Shown here in pieces: positions 27,671-38,400 of a stretch of DNA of 64,000 nt. Under the pieces are notes generated by a model. That model did no database searches and had not been told where the DNA came from. It was given only the letters and a program-made list of their open reading frames with translations. Location of the stretch: positions 70,815 through 134,814 of the forward strand of contig JAGYNB010000001.1 in assembly GCA_018400015.1 (NCBI GenBank). The letters run 5' to 3'. Both the position numbers and the translations under genes were made by a program. Position 1 is the first letter of the stretch. Each line of letters begins with the position of its first letter. The DNA is from Candidatus Omnitrophota bacterium (GTDB lineage: Bacteria; Omnitrophota; Gorgyraeia; Gygaellales; Gygaellaceae).

Positions 27671-30600
27671 CAAAAAATAAGAATATTATTAAAATAGAAT
27701 TGATACTGACCTGCCTGCTGCTTTTTATAAATACTTTTCTTTTGTGGCATGTGTTGTTTCCCTATGGGTTTTATTTCCTATGCGTAATTGTGGTTGGTTT
27801 TATTTTAAGCGGGTATATCCATAGACGTCTTGGGAGAATTTTTGATTTATTGGTGAGTTTGGCTATTCTTGCTGTTTTTATTTTGCTTGTCATCTCAACA
27901 GTAAAGTCCTCTTTTATATACAAAGAAGTCGTTGAAATTTTTGTAAAGAAAATATTTTTGGCTTTAGTTATTTTCTCTTTTGCCGCATCATCGGCAATAT
28001 ATTTGTCATACATTCAAGTTTTAAGTGCTGCCGTATTAATATCCCACGCGCTTTTTATCACCAATTATACATTAATGGTTTTTTCTTTTGTAATTGCCTA
28101 TCTTTTATTATGGGTAATGATAATGAGGGTAAAGCTTTATGGATATTTTTCCGATATTGATGAAATAAAGGGTAAAAAAAAGTATCCTTTATTCATTTCG
28201 TTTGTATTTTTTATTATCGCTTTTTTGTTGGCATGGGCATTGTTCGTTAAGTTTCCCATAGGTAAGTTTGATAAATTCGCAATTTTATTTCATCTTGAAG
28301 AATCTGCCAACCCAGAATTTCTTACGACAGAAAAAGAAAAAGATTTCTCGCAACTTGAGGAAGAATTGGTTGATAAGGCAGCAAAGTTGATTTCCGATTC
28401 AAATTACGGCACGATTGGGGATAAAGAAGCAAGCCTCACTTTATTTAATAAGTTGATTAATCGTTCGTCAACCTCATTAGAGGTTTTGCAGGCAGAAGCA
28501 GGGTTGTTTGATTTACTTAACAGGACGGGGCCAGGCATAGAAGAAAAAAAAGATGACCTAAACAGCATTTTAAATCAATACTTAAAGGCAAGGTTAGATT
28601 TCAATTTAAGTAGTAATTCTAAAATCCTAATTAATAGTTTCAATATGAACCCGTTTAATATATTTGATAAGTTAGCCAATATGAGTAAAGTTAATAAACT
28701 TAATTCCAGCGGTTCGTTGGATGAACTTAATGAAGAAAGCGAGAAGCTTACTGACAAGATAGACAAAAAGCATCTTAATCTTCAAGAGGTTGTAAAAATT
28801 GATGAGGCAGTAGATGATCTTAGGCAAATCAAACTAGAGGAGCTTTACAGAAAGAAAAAAGAAGAAATAAAAAATGATTTAGTGAAGTTAGAGAGAGAAA
28901 AATCTAAGCTAGAAACTTCCATATATGCAGGTAATTTAGAAGAAGGAGAATTCTTTTCTCAAGGGAAAAGCGATTTTAACATTATAAAACAAAGTGTTGT
29001 TAATGATTTAAACAAATTAAAAGAATCTTTGAGGCAATTATCTGTGTATCCAGAAACAGAAAACGAAATAGATAAAATTATCTCAAAAGCGAAGATTTCC
29101 AAGGATATTAAGGATTTATCGGATATTGGCAATGCCCTGAAGCAGTTAGAAAAAAGACCTAATGAGTCTACAAAAGGTAACATCAAAGGGATGAGAAAAC
29201 TCATTGATTTGCAAGTTGGAATTGGAAATTTAAAAGAATTACTTTTAGAAATAGAAAAAGCTACCAACTTGGATAATTTTAAAGAGATAGATAAGGATAT
29301 CAATCAATTAGCAGAAAAGCATTGCGAAACTTTGGATAAACACTTGAGCGACTTGTCCGAACTGTCCGATATTAAGTTATCCATTGTCAACGAGCATATA
29401 AAACAGATGATTGGCCAGGATTTAAAGGATTCCAATGCTCCGGAATATTTTAAAAACGAAATAAAACATTCTTTGGAAATTATAATTTCTACGAACAATG
29501 AAAAAGAGTTTAAGGAGCAGTCTACGAAGACTCATGAGAAGCTCAAAAATAATAAAACCGGTTCTGAAAAAGATATAAAGCAATTAATTATGAGCAAGTC
29601 ATTTTTATTATCTAAAGAAAAAAGAGAGGAAATTAAATCCGAGTTAGAGAAGGATCTTGATATTCAGTTGTTGGATGAAAAACTCAAAGAGTTGAAACAG
29701 CAGATTGACCGGCTTGAGGAAGACAGTCTGTTAGACTCATTACAAAAGAATACTGATAAGCTTAAAAGCGAATTGGAACAATTATCCAGTAAAGGGCAAT
29801 TATTAAAAACAAATCAGGATAATCAGGATAAATCTTTGGATGAACTTTTCGATATTTTATCAGTAAAAATCATCATAGAAAGTGAAACTTATCAAGAAGG
29901 AGAAAATAAACAAAAAAGGAAGGAAGATTCCTTTGAACAATTATTGAATGCCGAAGAAATGTCAGAGGAGGTAAAAGAACTTTTAAAAGATCTTAAATCA
30001 AAAATCGATAAAGCAAAGGATTTTTCTGAAATAAAGAGGCTTATGGAAGAAATAGACATGCTTGAAAATATCATGAAGGATAAAGTCGATGAAGATGATT
30101 TGAAACAAATAAAGCAGTCTTTAAAGCAAAGGATGCAGATACGTAAAGAATTTATTCGCCAGAATATAAAGTCTCGTTTAGCGCAGCAGCTTGATTTGAT
30201 GAAAAGATCTAATTCTATTGATAATAATACGATTGATAAATTAAAAAGAGAATTGTATAAAAGCAAAACTGACGAGCAACTTAGGGATACGCTTGATAAG
30301 ATAAGTTCTTTTTTAGAGCAGGAGTTAGTGTCTACCGAAGACAATTTATCATCAGCCGAAAGTTTTGATTGGCAGTCAAAGAATGAGGCAGCTATGGTCA
30401 AGAATGAAGATATAGTATCCGAACCCGGTCAAGAGGCTATGGCCAAAGAATTAATAGCCGTTCCTTTACGTATTGTTATGTCAGTAGATACGAGTGTACA
30501 ACCAAAAGCTTTTTTTGTTTCCAATAAGTTGTTTGCAATTGACGTAACTGATAAATGTATTTGGACATCAACTAACCCTAATGTGGCTTGGATAGATCAA

Positions 30601-30747
30601 AAAGGTGTTATTCACGCAATTAATAAAGGAGCAACTGAAATTACAGCAGTATTTAGAGACACTTCTAGCAAAGTAATAAATGTTTTGGTTTCTGATGGGC
30701 TTTTATCTTCTGTTGAATACGCCATAGAAAGAGAAGTTGCCAAATAA
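27667..30747 (+). CDS. Large membrane protein: 6-7 TM N-terminal domain (DUF3488-like), about 700 aa of coiled coil, and a C-terminal Big_2 Ig-like domain
   Basis: It has about 200 aa of hydrophobic helices. Then comes a K/E/D/L/N/S-rich heptad-like region (ELVDKAAKL...KLKSELEQLSSKGQLLK...) without exact tandem DNA repeats. The Big_2-like end reads CIWTSTNPNVAWIDQKGVIHAINKGATEITAV. Confidence 0.5.
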   Translation: MTKNKNIIKIELILTCLLLFINTFLLWHVLFPYGFYFLCVIVVGFILSGYIHRRLGRIFDLLVSLAILAVFILLVISTVKSSFIYKEVVEIFVKKIFLALVIFSFAASSAIYLSYIQVLSAAVLISHALFITNYTLMVFSFVIAYLLLWVMIMRVKLYGYFSDIDEIKGKKKYPLFISFVFFIIAFLLAWALFVKFPIGKFDKFAILFHLEESANPEFLTTEKEKDFSQLEEELVDKAAKLISDSNYGTIGDKEASLTLFNKLINRSSTSLEVLQAEAGLFDLLNRTGPGIEEKKDDLNSILNQYLKARLDFNLSSNSKILINSFNMNPFNIFDKLANMSKVNKLNSSGSLDELNEESEKLTDKIDKKHLNLQEVVKIDEAVDDLRQIKLEELYRKKKEEIKNDLVKLEREKSKLETSIYAGNLEEGEFFSQGKSDFNIIKQSVVNDLNKLKESLRQLSVYPETENEIDKIISKAKISKDIKDLSDIGNALKQLEKRPNESTKGNIKGMRKLIDLQVGIGNLKELLLEIEKATNLDNFKEIDKDINQLAEKHCETLDKHLSDLSELSDIKLSIVNEHIKQMIGQDLKDSNAPEYFKNEIKHSLEIIISTNNEKEFKEQSTKTHEKLKNNKTGSEKDIKQLIMSKSFLLSKEKREEIKSELEKDLDIQLLDEKLKELKQQIDRLEEDSLLDSLQKNTDKLKSELEQLSSKGQLLKTNQDNQDKSLDELFDILSVKIIIESETYQEGENKQKRKEDSFEQLLNAEEMSEEVKELLKDLKSKIDKAKDFSEIKRLMEEIDMLENIMKDKVDEDDLKQIKQSLKQRMQIRKEFIRQNIKSRLAQQLDLMKRSNSIDNNTIDKLKRELYKSKTDEQLRDTLDKISSFLEQELVSTEDNLSSAESFDWQSKNEAAMVKNEDIVSEPGQEAMAKELIAVPLRIVMSVDTSVQPKAFFVSNKLFAIDVTDKCIWTSTNPNVAWIDQKGVIHAINKGATEITAVFRDTSSKVINVLVSDGLLSSVEYAIEREVAK

Positions 30748-30749
30748 AA

Positions 30750-32912
30750 ATGAAAATATTCAAATATTGTTTTAGTTTAGTTATCTTTTCTTTAATTTTT
30801 ACTTTCGCGTTATCAGCGCCAGAGTACAGCATAGAAAATACCTCATTAGGTAAGGTAGTAGTTGGCCTGACACAAGAAGAGGTATTACAGGAATATGGGT
30901 CTCCAGATTTGGTAAGAGGAAATGTTTGGTATTATGATACAGAGCAGCCGTTTTATGCCTATTTAAAAAATAAAATTTATCTTTATCCGGATAAGATTAA
31001 AGTGAGCCTTGGTTCACCTGTTGAACTAAAAGTTTTAATCGATAAGTTCGACAAGGGGATATTGGATATAACTCGGGATAGTGAGTTTATAGTAAGCGAT
31101 GAAGAAAGTTTTATCGTTGACGAAAAGAATGTTATTTTTCCTAAGCGAGAAGGTAGTTTCCAGATATTTGCAAAATACAGAAACCGTTTAACCAATATTT
31201 GTAATCTTGAAGTAACTAACGTTGAGAGTGAAAAGGAAAAAATATCTCTAATGCAGATTGTAACATTCCCCTCTTTCGTAGAGACTGTTGAAGAGACAAG
31301 AATTGAATTTTCCGCATTCGGAGTTTTTAAAGATACTGATAAGAAAATTGTGTATATAGAAAATATTTCCAACCGTGCAAATTTTTTATTGCGTAGCGAA
31401 GGAAAAGTTACAAAGCAAAAAGACCGTTTTGTTAAATTTTTCAAAAAAGGCAGATATGAATTGTTTTGTACTTATTCTGATGTTTTAAGTGAGCCTAATG
31501 AGGTTGTTGTTTACGGATACGAAGAATTTCCAGGGCAAAAACGCTCTTTGCGCGAGATAAAAGCCTTTCCCGGGTATGTATCTGTTTTCCCAGATTATCG
31601 GATTGAATTTAAGGCATTCGCGAATTTTTTAGATAATAATTTTCATGATGTCACTTATCCGTCAAACTGGTTTGTTAAAGATACTGATATAATGGATGTT
31701 CTTGAAAAAGGCAAATTTCTTGCTCGTCAACCCGGGGTTACTGAGGTTATAGCTAGGTATAATCAAGACGAAAGTCTTCCTTTAAAGATAGTTGTTAATG
31801 ATAAAAAGAAAACAGAACAAGCGCCAACTAACAAAATGGAAAAGAGGATTAGTTTCAAAGATTTGTTTGAAGATACGAAAGAAGAAATCGAAGATTTTAA
31901 GGAAGATATTTCTTCTCAATACAGGAAGATAGTTTCGATAAAGTTATCCGAAGAATATGTTGAGTTGGGATTAGGACAGGAGTTCGATCTTAAGGCAATA
32001 GCAGTTTACGATGATGGCAAAGAAGAGGATGTTACTTTTTTAAGTCGGTGGTTGAGTTCTCAGGAAAAAACCGCCGTAATCTCAAAAGGGCGATTGAAGG
32101 CAATGAATACAGGCAGTGCATTGGTTAGCTGTGAATATAAAAATATAAGAAGTCTTCCGGCGACTGTGAATGTTGGCGAAGAAAAACTTCTTTCGATTGC
32201 TGTAAAGCCGGAAAATATCAGCCTAGATATGACAGAGAGAGTTCAACTTTTCGCGGAAGGTTTTTATAGTGATCAATCAAAGCGCGATATTACTTCGCTT
32301 GTAGATTGGCATTGTGAAAAGGAGAAGATGCTAGTAGTTTCTGCAGATGGGGAGCTTATACCAAAATCTCCTGGTAGCACTAATTTGGTGGCTAAATATC
32401 TTGATGTAGAAAGTTTGCCAATTTCGCTATCGGTTAGATATGGCCTTAAGTGGTTTTTTTTGCAAGCACTTAAATTAATGTTACTGTTAATGGCACTTGG
32501 TATATTCTTGTTTATTGTTATGTATTTTGTTGTTGAAGCTAAAAAAGCAAAACTATTGATATTGAAGGATAAAGATTCTAGGCAGTTTATGTTAAAGCTA
32601 TATGAAAATTTAAGTCGTCTGCTTACATTGGCAGGTTCTATGCCTTTAAAGGGCGATGCTTACCTTGCATATGCAGAATATGTACAGAATAAATACCAGA
32701 TAAAAGACGATTGTTTTTTAGATATAGTAAAGCTTTTCGAAAAGGCGAAATTCAGTAGTTATGATATTTCTGAAGTTGAAAAAGAACATATTCTAAATAA
32801 CTACAATTTGTTTCTGAACAGTTTGTTTTCCAGCCTAAAAAAAACTTACCAGATACATTTAAGAATAAAATCCGTTTTCTATAGGGTTGTTTTGTTGATT
32901 AAAACAGTTTAA
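30750..32912 (+). CDS. Signal-anchored protein with several Big_2 Ig-like domains, a C-terminal TM helix and a DUF4129-like cytoplasmic tail
   Basis: Ig-like segments recur (e.g. SALVSCEYKNIRSLPATVNV, GSTNLVAKYLDVESLPISLSV). A TM helix (LMLLLMALGIFLFIVMYFVV) is followed by a tail resembling the DUF4129 domain found at the C-terminus of TgpA-like proteins. Confidence 0.45.
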   Translation: MKIFKYCFSLVIFSLIFTFALSAPEYSIENTSLGKVVVGLTQEEVLQEYGSPDLVRGNVWYYDTEQPFYAYLKNKIYLYPDKIKVSLGSPVELKVLIDKFDKGILDITRDSEFIVSDEESFIVDEKNVIFPKREGSFQIFAKYRNRLTNICNLEVTNVESEKEKISLMQIVTFPSFVETVEETRIEFSAFGVFKDTDKKIVYIENISNRANFLLRSEGKVTKQKDRFVKFFKKGRYELFCTYSDVLSEPNEVVVYGYEEFPGQKRSLREIKAFPGYVSVFPDYRIEFKAFANFLDNNFHDVTYPSNWFVKDTDIMDVLEKGKFLARQPGVTEVIARYNQDESLPLKIVVNDKKKTEQAPTNKMEKRISFKDLFEDTKEEIEDFKEDISSQYRKIVSIKLSEEYVELGLGQEFDLKAIAVYDDGKEEDVTFLSRWLSSQEKTAVISKGRLKAMNTGSALVSCEYKNIRSLPATVNVGEEKLLSIAVKPENISLDMTERVQLFAEGFYSDQSKRDITSLVDWHCEKEKMLVVSADGELIPKSPGSTNLVAKYLDVESLPISLSVRYGLKWFFLQALKLMLLLMALGIFLFIVMYFVVEAKKAKLLILKDKDSRQFMLKLYENLSRLLTLAGSMPLKGDAYLAYAEYVQNKYQIKDDCFLDIVKLFEKAKFSSYDISEVEKEHILNNYNLFLNSLFSSLKKTYQIHLRIKSVFYRVVLLIKTV

Positions 32913-33331
32913 CTGTCATGCAGTTTATCAATCAGGGCGTTTATTCTTGAAATAAGCGGCCAGAACTTATCGGTTTGTCTTATTTTAATATGATCTTTTT
33001 TTTCGCCTTTTATCACACCATCTAGCTCTCTTAGGATTCTGTCAAATGATCCGATCAGTTTATGCGTCTGTTTATAAACCACCATTAAAATAATGGCAAT
33101 CGAGCCAGGGGCAAGAAATAAAAGGATAATGCTGACTTGTTCTGCGATTATAAGCGGGTCAATATTGAAAGGAAGGATAAAATCCTCTCCGATTACCGAG
33201 AATACAAGAAAATAAAGACATAAGCTTACAATTAAAGTAGGTAATAATGCTACAAGAAATATCAGGTTCAGTATATCTTTCTGAAACTGGTTTGCATAAA
33301 AGGTCTTTCTTCTTTCTTTTGCGCCAGCCAT
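32909..33331 (-). CDS. HAMP-only mini membrane protein (2 TM plus HAMP-like helix pair, no output domain)
   Basis: It is 140 aa. It has a basic N-terminus, two hydrophobic helices, and FDRILRELDG...LISRINALIDKL (HAMP AS1/AS2-like). Its stop overlaps the stop of the convergent gene at 32909-32912. It is a paralog of 52638..53027. Confidence 0.4.
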   Translation of the reverse strand: MAGAKERRKTFYANQFQKDILNLIFLVALLPTLIVSLCLYFLVFSVIGEDFILPFNIDPLIIAEQVSIILLFLAPGSIAIILMVVYKQTHKLIGSFDRILRELDGVIKGEKKDHIKIRQTDKFWPLISRINALIDKLHDS

Positions 33332-33413
33332 TTTACACCCCTTTTGTTAAAAAATACCCTAAGTGCTATTTTAAGCTAAAAGACACCCCCGGTCAAATAT
33401 TTTAATTAGACCC

Positions 33414-33442
33414 TTGACAAATAGGCGTGTCCAGGCTATACT
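33414..33442 (+). promoter_or_regulatory. Sigma70 promoter TTGACA-17-TATACT upstream of marR
   Basis: It is a perfect -35 and a near-consensus -10 with a 17-bp spacer. Confidence 0.55.
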
Positions 33443-33450
33443 TTAAATGG

Positions 33451-33477
33451 TTAATAGTTAAAAAGGTTAACTATTAA
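33451..33477. promoter_or_regulatory. Perfect 11-bp inverted repeat TTAATAGTTAA-5-TTAACTATTAA, a candidate MarR operator
   Basis: It lies between the -10 and the marR RBS (AAGGAG at 33477-33482), where MarR autoregulatory sites classically sit. Confidence 0.5.
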
Positions 33478-33488
33478 GGAGATTAAAC

Positions 33489-33956
33489 ATGAAACATAAT
33501 GACCTGGATATTTTTGCGGATAAGATGTGTGAGGTTATTCCTGATATCGCCCGTGAGGTTGCTAAAAGGGAAAGCAAAACCATTCTTAACAGTAAAGTTA
33601 GCATTTCTCAGCTTTTCTTGCTTGAGCTCTTAACCAGAGAAGGCGATATGCCAATGTCTAAGATAGCTAGCAATATGGGGGTATCTCTTCCGGCCGTAAC
33701 AAATATTACGGATAAGTTGGTAAAAGATAATTTTGTAAAAAGGCTATCTCACCCTAAAGATAGAAGGATTATTCTTATAAGCGCCACAGCCAAAGGCAAA
33801 GATGCGGTTGAAAAAGTAAATAGTATGAGGAGAAAATTTATAATTGAAGGTTTTGGTAAGTTAACCGCTAAAGAAAGAAATGTATATTTAGCAATTATTA
33901 TTAAATTACGCAATATATTAAAAGGTAAGACCGATAACAAAAAAAATGAAAAGTAG
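33489..33956 (+). CDS. MarR-family transcriptional regulator
   Basis: It has a winged-HTH MarR-like core (ISQLFLLELLTREGDMPMSKIASNMGVSLPAVTNITDKLVKDNFVKR). Confidence 0.75.
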   Translation: MKHNDLDIFADKMCEVIPDIAREVAKRESKTILNSKVSISQLFLLELLTREGDMPMSKIASNMGVSLPAVTNITDKLVKDNFVKRLSHPKDRRIILISATAKGKDAVEKVNSMRRKFIIEGFGKLTAKERNVYLAIIIKLRNILKGKTDNKKNEK

Positions 33957-35430
33957 AAAAAGCAGAATAGGTTATATTATTTTAGGATTAATTTTGATCG
34001 CTAATATTAGTTTTAGCGAAGAGGTTAATTTTGATAAAGCCACATTGGAATTGTCTTTAATCGATGTTTCCAGTATTGCCATAGAGAATAATCTTGATAT
34101 CCAGATTGCAAAATACGATGCCTACATAAAAAGGAATGATGATTTAAGCAGTCGCTCTATATATGATACGATTTTTTCAGTTTCGGCAGCATATGATAAA
34201 GATGAAAAAGTTTCTTCCAGTTCTTTGGCGGCGGATTCAACAACAACGCGAGATTACACAGCCGGCATTTCCAAAAAGACTCCCACAGGTACTACAGTAG
34301 GAGTGGATTTTGAAAATCAGCGCGTAGATACTGACTCTGGCCTTGTGAACATGAATCCTAGCAATGATGTAAAGGCAAAACTTTCCTTAAAACAGGAATT
34401 AGGCAAGAATTTCTTTGGTCTTAAGGATAGGTCTGATATAAAAATTACTAAGTTAGAGATAATTAATTCCGATTACGCTTCTTTGGAGAAAATTGAAGAC
34501 GCTTTATTGAATGCCCAGAAGGCGTATTGGGAATTAGCTTACCTTTATGAGGAGTTAAATATAAGAAAAGAAATGCTTAATAAAGCCAAGCATTTGATGA
34601 GAATATATGAGGATAAGTATAAACTTGGGTTAGTAGAAGACCCTGATTTGTTTGCTGCTCAAGCCAATGTTTTATTAAGAAAAAATGAGCTTAGAATAAC
34701 AGAAGAACAGCTTGAGCTGGCCAATAGCGATCTGTTGTTGATGCTTAATGAGGAAAGTACGGATTTGGATATTTTGCCTAAAGAAAAAATAGAATTTAAA
34801 GTTTTTGATGTAGATTTTAACGAGTCTTTAAAACAGGCGATTTCTCATCGCAGGGACTATTCGCAGGCAAAAAACAATATAAAAGCAAAAAATATTAAGC
34901 TGGTAACCAAAAAAAACAATCTTTGGCCGGAGATAGATTTAAGCGCCAGCCTTACGAAAAACGGTATTGATTCTTCATATAGCGAAGCCTTATCGGCAAT
35001 AAAAGATCAAGACAATAAGGAAGTATATGTCGGTTTTACTATTAAGATACCTTTAGAGAATTCGGATGCGAGATCACAGCTTAATAAGGCGCGTTTAGAA
35101 AAGGCAAAGTATTTAGTTATGCTTAAACAGGTTGAGCGTAAGATTTTGCTTGATATAAACGATAAGATAACTATTTTGACTTCGTTTTTAAATCAGGTAG
35201 AAACGAATATTACTATTGTTGATCTGCAGCAGAAAAAACTCGAAGCTGAAGAGGCTAGGTTTAGCTTAGGCAGATCATCAAGTGATATTTTAATTCGTTA
35301 TCAGGAGGATCTATTAAATGCTAAGCTTTCTTCGGCGGTTTCAATATACCAATGTGAATTAGCATATATAGATTTATTAAAAAGCCAAGGAACGCTTTTA
35401 GATAGCTATACAAAAGGCAATGTATTATGA
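33946..35430 (+). CDS. TolC-family outer membrane efflux protein
   Basis: It has a signal peptide, two-repeat TolC/OEP architecture and coiled-coil-rich segments, at 494 aa. Confidence 0.75.
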   Translation: MKSRKSRIGYIILGLILIANISFSEEVNFDKATLELSLIDVSSIAIENNLDIQIAKYDAYIKRNDDLSSRSIYDTIFSVSAAYDKDEKVSSSSLAADSTTTRDYTAGISKKTPTGTTVGVDFENQRVDTDSGLVNMNPSNDVKAKLSLKQELGKNFFGLKDRSDIKITKLEIINSDYASLEKIEDALLNAQKAYWELAYLYEELNIRKEMLNKAKHLMRIYEDKYKLGLVEDPDLFAAQANVLLRKNELRITEEQLELANSDLLLMLNEESTDLDILPKEKIEFKVFDVDFNESLKQAISHRRDYSQAKNNIKAKNIKLVTKKNNLWPEIDLSASLTKNGIDSSYSEALSAIKDQDNKEVYVGFTIKIPLENSDARSQLNKARLEKAKYLVMLKQVERKILLDINDKITILTSFLNQVETNITIVDLQQKKLEAEEARFSLGRSSSDILIRYQEDLLNAKLSSAVSIYQCELAYIDLLKSQGTLLDSYTKGNVL

Positions 35431-38400
35431 AGATTATAGAATTTAGCGTAAAACATTCTTTGTTTGTAAACCTTCTATCGGCTCTTATTATCATAGCTGG
35501 CGTTATTTCCATGTTTCAGTTAAGGCGCGAGGCTTTTCCGGAAGTTTCTTTTGATATCGTTACCGTGGAGACTATGTATAGCGGCGCTTCTGCTGAGGAA
35601 GTAGAGAAATTAGTTACGGCACCTTTAGAGAAAGAGCTTAAGAATGTAGATGATGTGGATGAGTTGAGTTCTTCTTCACGCGAGGGGTATTCTCTTATCG
35701 CGTTGGAACTTAACCCCGATTTAAACGAAAATGATGTAATGAAGGTTGTCGATGATATTCAAAAAGCAGTTGATCGAGTTACTGATTTGCCAGAGGGGGT
35801 TGAAGATAAACCTTTGGTAACTGAGATAACCTCTAATGATATGCCAGCAATAAAACTTGCCTTAAGCGGTAATCTTCCTGAAGCGCAGTTACGGGATTTA
35901 GCAGATAAACTCGAAGATAGAATAGAAAATATAGAAGGAGTTTCCAGTATAAGAAAAACCGGTTGGCGCGATGAAGAATATTGGGTGGAGCCAGATATAA
36001 ATAAACTTAAAACATTTCATGTTTCCATAGAAGAGATTATGCAGGCGCTTTCTAAGAAGAACGTTACAATCCCCGCAGGGAAACTTCGTCTTGACGGACA
36101 GGAATTTATAGTTAAGACAACAGGAGAGTTTGTCGCAAAAGAAGATATCGAGAATGTTATTATAAGGGCTAATGATTTAGGTAATTGGTTAAGAGTCAAG
36201 GATTTAGCCAATGTACGCCATACCTTTGAAGAAGAAAGTATTATTCATAAAACTATGGGTACCCGTTCTATTACGCTAATTGTTTTAAAAAGAGAAAAGG
36301 GCGATGCAATAAAGATGGTTGCTCAGATAAAAGATGAAATAAAAGATTTTACCAAGAGCGTTCCCAAAGAGCTAAAGATTTCTACGCCGTATGATTTATC
36401 TTACTATATCGAAAGGCGGCTTAATGTTTTAAGAAACAATGGCGCAATAGCGATTGTTCTAGTGGTCGCGGTTTTGTTTTTATTTCTGCATCCAATGGCC
36501 GCACTTTTTACATCCTTGGGAATTCCTATTGCCATGCTGGCAACATTTTGGTACATGAATTCTGTGGGGATGAGCATAAATATGATCAGCATGTTCGGTT
36601 TAATTATTGTTTTGGGCATGGTAGTTGATGACGGTATTATTATAAGCGAGAATGTCTATCGTTATTTTGAAAATGGAATGCCGGCAAAAGAAGCTGCGAT
36701 AAAAGGTGCAAATGAAGTTATGGCGCCCGTTTTTGCTACAATCATGACTACGTTTGCCGCATTCAGTCCGCTTTTATTTATGTCTGGATTAATTGGTAAA
36801 TTCGTAAAACAAATCCCTTTGGTTGTAATTATAGCCTTAAGCGCTTCTGTAATCGAAGCGTTTGTGATTTTACCTAGTCACTTGGCTGATTTTGTAAAGG
36901 CGAATAAAGATAATAAAGAAAACAGGGTTTCTAAAATAGGCAAGACTATATTTAATAAGGTTTCAAGATTATATAATAAGGTTTTGAATAAAGCACTTAA
37001 CCACCGTTATAAATTCGCCGCTACGATACTTATAATTTTTATTACCAGCATGGTTTATGCAAAGTTATTTATGCCATTTTTACTTTTTGGTTCAAAAGGA
37101 GTAGAACAATTTCATATAAGAGCAGAAGCAAAGCCGGGCACATCGCTGTATCGCATGGAAGAACTTCTGCGTCCGGTTGAAGAGTTTGTCGGCAATATGC
37201 CCAGGGAATATCTGGATTCATATGAGACATTGATCGGTTCGATATCAGAAGAAAGAGGTTTTGATCCCAATGCTAAGCAGGCTAGTAATGTTGCTCAGAT
37301 TGAAGTCTATCTTAGCCCTGCCCAGGGGAGAAGAGTATCTGCAAAGCAGATTATGGATGATATGCGTGGTGATTTAGTTAAGATAAAAGACAAGCTTCCG
37401 GAATTAGAGAAGCTTTATTTTAAGGAGTTTAAAGACGGGCCACCTACAGGAAAAGCAGTAGATTTAAGAGTTCGAGGAGAAGATTTCCAGATCCTAAAAA
37501 CAATTGCCGAAGAAGTTAAAGAGTACTTGTCGAGTTTAAAAGGCATAAAAGATATCGATGATAGTTATGATACGGGTAAAAGAGAACTGCGCGTTATTAT
37601 TGATGAGGAAAAATCTACTATGGCATTTTTGACTGTAGGAGAAGTTGCGACAAGTCTTAGGAATGCTTTTGAAGGGGGCATGGCTACGGAAATTACACGT
37701 TCAAAGGCTGAAGAAAAAATCAAGGTTTTGGTCAGGCTTCCACAGAAGCAGCGTGATACGATGGATGTTTTTAATAATCTAGTTATCGTAAATAAATATG
37801 GCAATCTCGTTCCTTTAAAGTCTATCGCTACGATAGAAGATAGCTGGGGTTTAACTTCCATAGAGCATTACGAAGGGGAACGCATCATTGGCGTTAGTGC
37901 AAGTGTTAATAATAAACAGATGACTTCAAAAAAAGCAAACGGGCTGCTTAAGTATAAATTTAAAGATATCTCAGATCGTTACCCAGGGTACAGTATCAAA
38001 TACGTAGGGGAAGAACAAGATAATGTTGAGTCTATGCGCAGTCTTGTACAGGCGTTCGCTGTAGCGTTTTTACTTATATTTTTGATCCTTGCGACTATTT
38101 TCAATTCCCTTATCCAGCCTTTTGTAGTCATGCTTACGATTCCTTTTGGATTGGTGGGAGTTATTTTTGCCTTGAGCGTTCATAATGAACCAGTAAGTTT
38201 CTTAGCAATTATGGGTATAATTGGTTTAGCAGGTGTTGTGGTAAATGATTCCATTGTTTTTGTTGATTTTATTAATAAACTAAGGAAACAAGGTATTGAT
38301 AGGCGCGATTCCATAGTCCAGGCAGGCTTACTAAGGCTCAGGCCTGTCATGCTTACTACGATAACAACGGTTTTTGGTTTAAGCACCGTAGCCTATGGCA

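Noticed and set aside
28300-30400. Apparent repetitiveness or low complexity, suggestive of a tandem repeat or CRISPR-like array
   Set aside because: There are no exact spaced DNA repeats. The periodicity is at the protein level (heptad-like K/E/L), and the frame stays open throughout, so it is a coiled-coil coding segment.
29892-30401. 169-aa Ser/Cys-rich ORF on the minus strand opposite the coiled-coil gene (with its neighbours 28959-29303, 29304-29498 and 30983-31444)
   Set aside because: It is low-complexity translation of the reverse strand of a K/E-rich coding region. The + strand ORF is continuous for 1026 codons and fits the operon.
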